A stretch of 64,000 nucleotides of DNA from Octopus vulgaris (Eukaryota). The stretch is from NCBI GenBank assembly GCA_951406725.2, contig OX597843.1, positions 20,708,001 through 20,772,000 of the forward strand. The letters are read 5' to 3'. Positions 14,718-25,359 of the stretch are shown piece after piece. Numbering within the stretch: the first letter of the stretch is position 1; every line of letters starts with the position of its first letter. Below the pieces are notes generated by a model. It worked only from the letters and a program-made list of their open reading frames with translations, ran no database searches and had not been told where the DNA came from. The translations under genes were made by a program, and so were the position numbers.

Positions 14718-14719
14718 CG

Positions 14720-14817
<98 letters not shown>

Positions 14818-15045
14818 GTGCTTGTTTGATGTGTGACTATAGTATTTGTATTAATATTCCTTTATTCCCACTTGTTTCCCCATTCTGATATTCCACGTTA
14901 TTTTTCTTGTCTTAATATATCTTCTTTTCCTGCATTTATCGTCTTCTTCACAATTTTTCTCTACATTCATCTTGTTCATCATTTTCTGGTTCTTCTGCTT
15001 TTAATTATTTCAACTGCTTTCTCCTCTCCTCATGAATCATTTTTG

Positions 15046-15345
15046 CTTCTTCTTCTTCTTCTTCTTCTTCTTCTTCTTCTTCTTCTTCTTCTTCTTCTTC
15101 TTCTTCTTCTTCTTCTTCTTCTTCTTCTTCTTCTTCTTCTTCTCTATATCTATAATTCGATGATTTATTTTCCTTCACCTTCTTCGTTTCTAATCAATTT
15201 CTAATTTTCCATCATATCTTTCATCATTATCATCATCATCGTCATCTTCGTCACCATCATCATCATCATCATTATCATCATCATCATCATCAACATCATC
15301 ATCATGATCATGATCATCATCATCATCTTCATCATCATCATCATT
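15046..15345. repeat. (CTT)n and (CAT)n microsatellites
   Basis: Visible directly. Also present in copy B at 62180-62460. Confidence 0.95.
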
Positions 15346-15774
15346 CTCATCTTCAGCGCTATCATATCCATAGTCCTTCTGCTAATCATAGTTTTGTATT
15401 CACTAATCGTTATAATTTATCATGTCATCATAACTATTTCCTTCCCTCATTTACTCTGCTATTTCTAGCATGCAGAATCATCCTCACCTTTGTTATGAAC
15501 ATCATCATAATCAACGTCGTCATCACCAATTAATCGGTAGCGTTTGTCATCGTTTTCGATAATAATCATCATCATTTTCCTTCTCCCCGTCATTATTACT
15601 ACATTTACAATCAACATCGCAATCCTCCTCCTCATCATCATCATCAACATCTCGGCCATTTTCTTCATTATCGTCCTCTTTTTATTAATATGATTCTAAA
15701 GATACAAGATTTAATAATATTTTATAAGAAATCTTTTTAATACTCATTCTTTTGAACTGTGTTTTATGTTTCAG

Positions 15775-15846
15775 ATATCTCAATAATAATAAGATCACAA
15801 CCATCCCACAAGGATCCTTTCAAAACCTTCAAAGTTTAGTTGAAAT
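15775..15846 (+). CDS. Single 72-bp leucine-rich-repeat exon of a host gene (phase 2-2)
   Basis: gttttatgtttcag|A TAT CTC AAT AAT AAT AAG ATC ACA ACC ATC CCA CAA GGA TCC TTT CAA AAC CTT CAA AGT TTA GTT GAA AT|gtaagt = xYLNNNKITTIPQGSFQNLQSLVEx, a typical 24-aa extracellular LRR with canonical splice sites. Confidence 0.85.
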
Positions 15847-16223
15847 GTAAGTTGCTTAAGTTTTTTGATATTATTTTATTTAAGAAATTTTTCTAGTAAC
15901 TTGATGTCTTCTCATCTTCCTTTTTCTCTTTCTATCTCTAACTAATGTTCTGCTACTATTTTCATGTTAGAGTGTGTATGAAGGTGTCTATGAGTGTTAG
16001 TGTCTCTATGTGTCTGCATAAATGTCTAACATTTTCTGTATGAGTGTATGATTGTACGTGAATATGTATGTTTGCATTTGTGTCTATAGGTGGGTATATT
16101 ATGAAATATATATTTATGCAGAGTTATACTCACTTCAAGAAAAGAAAGTATAGAAATATATTCATCCTCACTCTTTTGAGATACTGGTTCAATAATATGA
16201 GTTATTTTAAACTCTACAATTAC

Positions 16224-16350
16224 ATGACGTGCTGAAGTTGGTAGTCGTCATTTTCTATTTGTACAGTGAGCTACAGCTGGGACAATTTGGTCAAACTGTC
16301 CAGTGTGATGGCTGCATATGTCGTTTCAATTTCTTTAGGAAGGATGTTAA
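16224..16350 (+). pseudogene. Probable signal peptide + LRRNT-like cysteine cap exon, 1-bp frameshift after the ATG
   Basis: Restoring one G in ATGACGTG gives M-D-VLKLVVVIFYLYSELQLG-QFGQTVQCDGCICRFNFFRKDV (hydrophobic leader, then CxxCxC). No clean splice donor. Confidence 0.4.
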
Positions 16351-16700
16351 TGTAGCTAGTCGTCCACAACATAAAACAACGTTTGGTGTGTCCCTCGTAC
16401 GTTTGTGTCTGTGTGTATGTCTGATAATTTTACTTATGTTGATATATTTTTATTATCATTTCTATCCTCATTCCCGAATTTTCTTGTTATTGTTTTGCTT
16501 GTCCATCTTGTCTGTTTTTTTGCTACTCATATTACTTTTTCTTCATCACCGACTTCTTCGTTATTATTATTGTTGTTGTTGTCATTGTTTTTGTTCTTCT
16601 TCACCTTCTTCTCCTTCTCCTTCTCCTTTTTCTTCTTCTTCTTCACCTTTTTCGTACTAAAATTATTATTATTATTATCATTATTATTATTTTTTTTTAA

Positions 16701-16759
<59 letters not shown>

Positions 16760-16989
16760 AACGAAATACATTATAATCGAACCGAGTGAAAACGAGTTTA
16801 TTGAGTAGAGTACTTTTTGAAATGTCAACTGATGAGAAGCATCTGCAAAGAAAGATGCACCGCGGCCAATCGACCATCATCTCATCCGTGAGTGGCCGAT
16901 TGAAGACCGGTTGAAACAGCAGTAATGATTAATGTATCAAGTAAAATCCATTTTCCATTTCCGTCATACGTGTGTGTGTGTATTTTGTA

Positions 16990-17028
<39 letters not shown>

Positions 17029-17199
17029 TTACGCGTAGTCATTGGCATGGCTGTGTGATAAGAATTTTGCTTCTGTATTTAGTTCTTCTCCGTGTACTCT
17101 GGTCTCCAACCGAACAAACTCGTGTATGTTAGTTACTTGGGTTCACGGTAACTGAAGGAAACCCGTCGTATATATAAATTTTCTGAACGAGCTATGTTT

Positions 17200-17700
17200 A
17201 ATAAAAGTAACTCATGTTACCTGAGCAATAATACAACTGCCCCAGCTTTTCTGACACTTTTGGAATCCGGCCTGGAAGTAGTTTTCCATAGGCGAGTCGA
17301 GGACCTCTAGATTTCGACAATGATGTTAAGTTTGCTCTTGATCTCGACCTCTGAGCTGATTTTTCATCTTGAGGAACGGATGCAAGTCAGCAGGTGGTAA
17401 ATCTGGCGAATAGGGCAGATGCGGAAGCGATAGCATGTTGTTTTTGGCAAGAAACATACGAGTGAGGTGATAGGTGCATTTTTGTCGTGAAAAATTCAAT
17501 ACTTCGCGAATCCAGATCCGGTCATTTTCCCCAAACGTCCTCCCTGAAAAATCTCCCAATACACAATACCGAGGATGTCGAAAAAATATGATGAACATGC
17601 TCTGGATTAAGCTGTGATTTATTCGTGCGCCCATACACTCGAAACATTACGTAAGAACCACTGTCGTACGTAATGTTTCGAGTTGTAAGGTACCGCACGA
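17200..17700 (-). mobile_element. Tc1/mariner transposase remnant
   Basis: LPHLPYSPDLPPADLHPFLKMKNQLRG (YSPDL motif) in ORF 17326..17634. Copy at 63470-63970. Confidence 0.8.
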
Positions 17701-17753
17701 GTGGAATTATATATCAAAGAAGGTTTGAAAATGCAATGTTAAAAAATATTTAT

Positions 17754-17798
17754 TTACTTGACCGGTTTCAGTTATTTAGAAAGAATTGTCAAAAGCAA
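17754..17798 (-). ncRNA. Hammerhead-like motif, U3-A8 core variant, decayed stem II
   Basis: Minus strand: TTGCTT-TTGACAA-ttctttctaaataact-GAAA-CCGG-TC-AAGTAA. Confidence 0.5.
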
Positions 17799-18341
17799 CA
17801 TGTAAAAGCTTTGTTGTGTTAGGTACTGGTTGTCACAAAATATTACAATACATATATACATTCTTTGATAATAATAAGAATATGTTAAACACAGTTTACA
17901 AGGGAAAATCTTGGGAAAATATAAAAGAAATTTGACAAGTTCATTAAAATATTGGGTACAAAAGATTACAATACATATATACATTCTTTGATAATAAAAA
18001 GAGAATGTTAAAAACAGTTTACAGAAAGAATTATTAAAAAGTTCAGAGGAAAATTGGTATTGTATCTGTATATATACACACAGAAAATTATAAGTTCAAA
18101 AAGGTTACATTTTGGTAGTATATAAATGTACAATGAGGGAGATATGTTTAGTTTGAACTGACCTGATTCCCCATATTATCGTAAAAAGCTTTTACGATAA
18201 TATGCGGAATCAGGTCAGTTCAAACTAAACATATCTCCCTCATTGTACATTTATATACTATCTAAATGTTCATATTATTATCAAAGAATGCGTATATGTA
18301 TTGTAGACAATCAGTACCTAACACAACAAAGCTTTTACATG

Positions 18342-18387
18342 TTACTTTTGACAATCTTTTTGTAAAAAAGTGAAACCGGTCAAGTAA
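18342..18387 (+). ncRNA. Hammerhead-like motif, U3-A8 core variant
   Basis: TTACTT-TTGACAA-tctttttgtaaaaaagt-GAAA-CCGG-TC-AAGTAA, with a 6-bp stem I. Confidence 0.6.
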
Positions 18388-18469
18388 ATAAACATCTTTT
18401 AAAATTGCATTTTCAAACCTTCATTCATATATATATATATATATTCTTTTATTCTTTTATATGTTTTAA

Positions 18470-18885
18470 CCCTGAGGCTGTGTCGATGCTGGGGCCCCAC
18501 CAGTGTAAACACTTTTCGACTGGCCGAGTTTATGGGATTGGCCAGAGTTCGCTACCGCTGCAGTCTTTTGAGTTTCCTGCCCTGATATTGGTTCACTTGT
18601 ATAGCAAGAGGTCAAGTCGTATGTTGAAACATCTAAACCCACTCTTCAGATCTGTTAAATATCTGTGAGCACTTGAACTCCAAACTATTGCAGTACATTC
18701 TCCTAATATTAAATGAAAGATCTGGGAATTTTAGAACAGTGCAGTGACGTCCAATTCGGGGTCTGGTATAATTCTGAATTCCAAAGTTTGATACCAAGCT
18801 TCCCTAGTAACTTCCACACATATCACTAAATACATCTCCGGTTTTCGCTCCATGGAGTAGAGTCCTAAATCCTTCAAATACTCTT
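18470..18885 (-). mobile_element. CR1/L2-like LINE 3' fragment
   Basis: Broken minus-strand reading ...NFGIQNYTRPRIGRHCTV...NSLEFKCSQIFN resembles the post-RT tail of CR1-group LINEs. Confidence 0.45.
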
Positions 18886-18889
18886 TACT

Positions 18890-18997
18890 CCCTCTTTTAC
18901 TCTTTTACTTGTTTCAGTCATTTGACTTCGGCCATGCTGGAACACCGCCTTTTAGTCGAGCAAATCGACCCCGGGACTTATTCTTTGTAAGCCCAGT
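18890..18997 (-). mobile_element. SINE 3' fragment
   Basis: CTCTTTTA tail repeats. AAATCGACCCCnGGACTTATTCTTTGTA is shared with 32345-32480. Confidence 0.6.
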
Positions 18998-19129
18998 ATC
19001 GTTAATACTGGGTTAATATCATGTGTGATCACTGCCATCAAAGGTGGAACATGTGTCTGTGAAATGATAGTATGATCCAACGTAGAACTTATTGAAATAC
19101 TCACCTAAAAGCATATTTTACACCTACGA

Positions 19130-19463
19130 TAGATGGTAAGGATTGAGTTGAGACCTCCGTCGGTCATTACTGACGTGGGATTGCACCTAGAAAGTTACCC
19201 TCCCAGGCATAAGTCCGGGCAAGTTTGTTTATGGAAGACCAGCAGTCACCCATGCATACAGGCCTCCCCTCTCTATCTAAGGGAAAGGCAACTGCCGATA
19301 CAACTTGGAACCTGTGACGTCGCAACTCATTTCTACAGCTGAGTGAACTGGAGCAACGCGAAATAAAGGGTCTTGCTCAAGAATACAACACCCAGCCCGG
19401 TCCGGGATTCGAACTCACAACCTCATGATTGTAAGCTCCACGCTCTAACCACTGATCCATGCA
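19130..19463 (-). mobile_element. tRNA-derived SINE
   Basis: Minus-strand head TGGATCAGTGGTTAGAGC...GTTCGAATCCC. Homologous to 27627-27960. Confidence 0.85.
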
Positions 19464-20430
19464 CTATATATTACTTATATCATCTGAACAATATACAATG
19501 GTAGTGTTATGGAATAAAGAATATCGTTTAATTCATTCTCTCTTATTCACCTCTGTTTAAACACTAAACAGAAAAAGGAAAAAGAAACAATTTTTCCACA
19601 ATAAAAAATCGAGATGCAACAGACATAATTCAAAAATCTTTAGTACCAGTCTTCAACGCGGGTTTCGAAATAGCAAATCCAAATCGCCATACAATACCAC
19701 CATATAAACACCAGTTGCTGATGTCACATAAATCATTGAAATTTTACATCTGATCAGAACCGAACTTGAGCAAACACAACAAAGTGACGCTTTAAGAGAA
19801 TCAACCAACTGGAATGGTTTATGCCCGTCCCCCAATGGGAAGTCAACCAGGCAGAACAACAACCTTGCCCACCAGAAAAATTAGACGTCACCTGTAATTT
19901 AATGAATCAAATACCAGATCGGTTCACGGAAATAATTGTAAACACATCCAATTCCAAAAAACGACGTTACAAGCAAAAGTCCTTGCACACGACGGACAAT
20001 GATTCACAGAGACTGTGCTCAAAGATTTCCCTTTTTCCACTATCTCAATTTCTCCCTTGTTTTTCTCCTTCTTTACCCTGTATGGCCGAAACTCTGATGA
20101 TATACATTTCTTATCGATCTTTTGAATTTTATGCATTCAAACAAGATCTTCCACATTTTTTATATTATTGAATGTTATGAATATTTAAATCATATTTCAT
20201 ATTACTGACACTTGTAAACATTGAAACATGTTATTCTAGTTCATTATTTAAAATTTTTACCATTGATAAAAGTATTGTTGAAACTAGTTTGGTATGTATG
20301 TAAAAAAGGTTATTTAAAAACAATTCAAATAAGGTTATTTTTAAAAAATCCAAATTTAGGTGCATCGTGAACAACAAATTTTTATATAGTTTTGCCTCCT
20401 CATATATGCATACATACATACATACATACA

Positions 20431-20494
<64 letters not shown>

Positions 20495-20497
<3 letters not shown>

Positions 20498-20705
20498 CTA
20501 TACAATAATATGTTACATTACTCGATAGTCAAGATAAAACTCTGAGTTTCAGATGCCGAAGTGGAAATCCACAACACCATCTCTTCGGTTATCTGGAAAA
20601 TAGCCAGATAACCGAAGAGATGGTGTTGTGGATTTCCACTTTGGCATCTGAAACTCAGAGTTTTATCTTGACTATCCAGTAATGTAACATATTATTGTAT
20701 AGATA
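20495..20705. repeat. Near-perfect hairpin (~100-bp arms, 7-nt loop) made of an inverted hammerhead-like unit
   Basis: 20495-20596 is the reverse complement of 20604-20705 with about 2 mismatches. Flanked by (TA)n tracts. Confidence 0.92.
20606..20668 (+). ncRNA. Hammerhead-like motif with CCGAAGA (U4C) core
   Basis: AGATAA-CCGAAGA-GATG...CATCt-GAAA-CTCAGAG-TT-TTATCT. Mirror copy on the minus strand at ~20532-20594. Confidence 0.55.
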
Positions 20706-20768
20706 AATTTCCTCTATTTACATAATATTGAGGTCTCTTTCTTTCTTTTGTTATCTTACCGTTTTTTA

Positions 20769-20825
<57 letters not shown>

Positions 20826-20839
20826 TTTATGTATTTGTT

Positions 20840-21915
20840 GTGAAAGATTTTTTATGTGAAGTCGTGTGTTGAAACAAATGTTGTTATATTTCGGAATGGT
20901 CATTTTGCCAGTTTAGCCAATATAAACACACGCACTATATATCTGGTGTTACTTTGCTTCAGTGTTATTTATTTTTTATATTAATCGTAATCTTATTTCG
21001 GCCAGAGTTCTTTCGTCACACTCCTGTAAAGCCAGAAATTGTGTCTATAGTATAAGATGTGAAGAGGACGATGCAGTAATAAGACAACGACATACGTAGG
21101 GGAAACAGAAATAAGCATAGGAGAGCGGGTAAATGGTCATTGGAGACAACTCAAGGAAGGTAAAAGCTCATCGATTCTGTACCAACACGCCGAACAGGAA
21201 CACAGGGGTTCAAACAACAACATAGAAATTAAAATATTGTCCACACATAGAACAGATGCAACAATCAGACAAATTACAGAAGCTACACATATAATAGAAA
21301 ATAAACCTAGCCTGAATAGAAAACTAGAATGGAACACTAGTACACACCACAATATATGACGGTAGAGGATCCCGAAAACATAATAAATACACAGATAAAT
21401 AAACAAATAGAAATAAATAACAATTTTATTTTTTTCGATTTATTATTATTATTACTAGTATTGTTTTTATACATATATACATACTTACAAGCATATGTAA
21501 TGATAATAATAATAAGTGGATGTAAACACATGAACAAAATAAGAATAAACAAAAACAACAACAAAAACAAATTACATCAACGTATATAAACAGAAGATAC
21601 AAATATTACAGGCATCCCCCCACACACACTAAATAAACATAGACGCACATAGAGATATAAACATGCACAAATGAAGACATACAATAGAAATACAAAATTA
21701 CTGACGTTTAGTAAGGAGAGACACAAATAAGAAAAAAGAAAACAAAGGACCACTGATGCGGTCACAGGAGTGTGACGAAAGAACTTTGGCCGAAATAAGA
21801 TTAAGATTAATGTAAAAAAATAAATAACACTGAAGCAAAGTAACACCAAATATATAGTGCGTGTGTTTTTTATTGGCTAAACGGGCGAAATGACCATTCC
21901 GAAATATAACAATAT
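20840..21915. mobile_element. PLE-derived element with inverted termini and a hammerhead motif (same family as 14147)
   Basis: 20880-21027 is inverted relative to 21765-21912. Motif GACCA-CTGATGC-ggtcac...gtgac-GAAA-GAAC-TT-TGGCC at 21748-21791. Confidence 0.7.
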
Positions 21916-21922
21916 ATACATA

Positions 21923-21991
<69 letters not shown>

Positions 21992-21994
21992 ACT

Positions 21995-24900
21995 TTTTGA
22001 TCCGAGGGGAGGCAATGCGAGCAACAACCACAGGAGCATCACAAAATCCACAGAAAGACCAAACACATACAAATCTTCATATACTCATTTATATCTATAA
22101 AGCCCAACATTTAGATCCTAATCTACACATTCTTTCTGATAAAACAGGCAATATTTATTCAGTGCCTTATGAAACTTAGGATAAATTGATATCCAAAGAG
22201 CTGCACGCTAAATACAAAATCGCCAAGAAATCGGCTCTTGCCGACATTAATAATAGACACTACGACTTAATTTCTGAATTAGGAATCCTTGACTGCACGC
22301 AACCTTATGATCCTAAGCCCCCGCACTGCACCCTAAAGGCCCATTAAAAAGATTTTCTTGCCAAACTGTCAATACGATTAATTTGCCCAACTAAATTTGA
22401 CTTGGGTAGAATCAGCAAATCCATATTGGATAGAATTATTCCAGTGATAAGAGAAAGGACGATGTTGCCCTTATGGGAATCTACCAATGCTATTTTATAT
22501 AGGTTTCACACAATTAAATGTGATGACTCATCGTCATTTGTACAATTTGATATTTCGAATTACAACTCCTTGATCTCTCCCATCTTACTGAATAAAGCAA
22601 TCATTTTAGCCCGGAACTTTGTTGAAATATCGAATCTAGATATTGATATTATTCAAGCAGCAAGAATGACTCTGATAAATTATGGAAAGCACCACTGGTC
22701 TAAATCGCATTCTTTTATTTTATTCGACATCACTATGGAATCATCGGACTCGGCTCAAGTAACGGATATTGTTGGTCTATTTTTGTTAGACAAGTTTAAG
22801 CGGTTTTTCCCATCTCTATCCGAAGGGATTTATTGGGATGACGCATTATTCATCTTTTCTAATCATTCAAATCCTCAGATTGAAAGAATGAAGAAGGACC
22901 TTAGAGTATCTCTCAAGGACTTTTATAATTTGAGCATCGTTTTTGAGAATAATCCTAAAGTGGCAAATTTCTTCGACATCACTCTCAATCTGAATACTAG
23001 CTTACACTACCCTTTCCGAAAACCAAACCAAACTTTCCGATATATCAATGTTTCCTCAAATCATCCCAAATCAACCATCAATAGCATTATAACTGCAATG
23101 TCTATCAGAATCTCAAACCTATCGGCGAAGCAAAACATCTTTAATCAACACGCCCCAATATACAACAATGCCTTAAAATTGAGTGGGTTCACAAATAATA
23201 TTGAATACATACACAATACAAAATTAAAAATTAAATTGTCCAGCATGGTCAGCGACGATATGAAACGGATTTCGGATATCAGAGGCTCCCCTCATGATCC
23301 CCAAGGAACTTGCAACAAGCTGATGAAATGAGAATTGGAAATAAGAGAAATATATGTGATGTGTTTGGTTTTGTAAATGGTAACCACGTTAATAAGGTTA
23401 ATAATGAGAATTGTAATGATGAAAATACCATGGATGATAACAGCAACGGGAGGGAAGGGGTTGCAAATTATAGCAGTCATAAATGTGAATTGAGTTTTAA
23501 AGTTGGGCCTAGGTCTAGTGAAGTTGAAAATAGGAATAAGAATAATACTAATAGTAGTAAAAATAAAAATATAAATATTACTAATAGATACAGGAATGGC
23601 CTTACGTCAAGTCGAGCAACATATTGTAATCCCATTATTAATACTAAGTCTAGGATTCGTCAAGTTACTTGGTTTGCCTCTCCCTTTTCATTAAGGGTGA
23701 AAGGTTTACCAAAGCTATTTTTAAAGTTATTGAAGGAAAATATCCCAAAACACCATAAGTACTATTCAATATGTAACAAGTCAACAATCAAGGTGGCCTA
23801 CGCAGACACTCCCAATGTCGGATCTATTGTTGCTTCGTTGAACAGAAGTAAAATAAGGCGCTATAATGATAGAAATGATGACAGAAGCTTTAATGGAAAA
23901 TTCATTAAGGACAGAAGATAGTAGTAATATTAATAGTACGCCTTCTGAAATCGTTTATGAAGGGCGTATTGGAATGACAATTAATGCAAATAGTAGAGAT
24001 AATCATAATAATGATGTTGATTATGATATTAGTGATTATAATGATTATCAGGGTGGTAATAATAGTGTTAATTGTAGTGATAATGGTAATATAAATATTA
24101 GTAAAAATAAAAATAAGAATGATGGTAATAGTAAGAATAATAATACATATACATATAACAATACATATACCGGAAAATAGTAGGAACGATGGTGTAAATG
24201 ATATGGTGGATCCTAATACTGGGAGGGGGCATGGTTTCGGAGTGATCAGTAATACGAGACCCCGTAGCAGGTTGAAGAAATGTAATTGTAGGGGGCCCAT
24301 CAGTATGTCCGATTAGCGGAAATTGTCGCCAGGAAAATGTAGTTTATAAATGTAGTGTTGAGGCTCAAGGAGGCCAGAGAAAAATATATATTGGAAGCAC
24401 AGTAGACTTTAAGCAGAGGTATCGATCCCACCTGAGCTCTTTCAACAATCCTAAATATAGGACCTCTACAACATTGGCATTACATGTTAATGACCTTAAG
24501 GAAAGGGATGTTGAATTTAAAATATCATGGGCTATCCTTGCGCATGCCTCCCCTTATAGAATTGGGTCCACTAGATGCGGTTTATGCATAAGGGAAGCAT
24601 ACACTATATTGAAAAATTACAACAACGCAGTGTTAAATAAGTTCACTGATGCAATACCGGCGTGTACGCATAAGATCCACTCGACGTTCTATAAGAAATT
24701 TAGAAATAGAAATAGCAATAAAAGTTAGAGCTAAGCAATAACAATTGAATTAAATTTAGTAAGTATAGTAAGTAGTAAATGAAATAAAAGTAAAGTAATG
24801 TAATTATTAAAAGAAAAAATAGCTATTAGTATAAAAAGGGTCAAGGACTTGAACCCGAATATGTGGCTTTGCATGTATGTGAGAACTTATAAGATTGAAG

Positions 24901-25330
24901 AAAAATATAATAAAATAAGTGCAGAAGTGAAATGGTCCAGATGGCGCTGTGTGCATATCATTTACTATGGCCGCTGGATCGAATTATATGCATATAAAAT
25001 AGCATTCAGGATCGGAGAAAAATTTCTGGGAGTACGTAATGTCTCGTTTCTGAATATGGCCGGTATGTAATTGTGTATTTGTTCACGTTTACTATGTGTT
25101 GTATGTATAGGATATCCTGATGAGGGGAGTGCCAATTTTAAGTAAATGAATTGACTAATATTAATTGGCGCGTCTCCGAGACGGCCGGTAGAGGGACTTC
25201 TGTGTATCTCTGTAAACTTATATTTTTGTAAATTGTATAATTATTATCTTCTATGTACATTTCGCTAGAATTTTAATTCGTCTTTTAATTTGCCATTGTA
25301 TGCTTTATTTTTATTTATTATTATTCTATT
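21995..25330 (+). mobile_element. Penelope-like element (RT + GIY-YIG endonuclease), decayed
   Basis: SDKTGNIY, RT VQFDISNY...FDITM...GIYWDDAL...NFFDITL...YPFRKPN (22402..23331), VVYKC...IYIGST...RYRSH and CGLCIRE (24330-24728), hammerhead-like motif in the 3' region. Confidence 0.9.
25112..25195 (+). ncRNA. Degenerate hammerhead motif in the Penelope 3' region
   Basis: CTGATGA, long stem II (GGAG.GCCAATT...AATTGGC.CTCC), GAGA instead of GAAA, then CGGCCG-GTA. Stem I is weak. Confidence 0.55.
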
Positions 25331-25359
25331 TATTTCTCTTATTGTAACAAATTTATACT

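Larger units (their letters stand above)
1..17730 (+). repeat. Segmental duplication, copy A (begins before the window)
   Basis: Colinear with ~40180-64000: same order of ORF1 element, non-coding repeat, SINE, Tx1 RT, Helitron, Gypsy, microsatellites and mariner remnant. A 60-bp sample (481-540 vs ~40663) has 4 mismatches. Confidence 0.95.
17712..18425. repeat. ~700-bp fold-back palindrome with a hammerhead-like motif in each arm
   Basis: 18116-18260 is a near-perfect, essentially spacerless palindrome centred on AAAAGCTTTT. Outer arms pair imperfectly out to 17712 and 18425. Confidence 0.9.

Noticed and set aside
13515-15668. Long ORFs rich in poly-L, poly-M, YI or HT (also 28065, 38368, 45572, 60563, 61979)
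   Set aside because: These are translations of (CTT)n, (CAT)n, (TA)n, (CA)n and (TATC)n microsatellites.
16828-16860. CTGATGA followed by GCATCT...AGATGC hairpin
   Set aside because: No GAAA follows the stem, so the hammerhead topology is incomplete.
19580-20030. Coding-like unique stretch (ORF 19821..20171)
   Set aside because: No recognisable motif or convincing splice sites. It is probably a decayed transposon ORF and cannot be assigned without a search.
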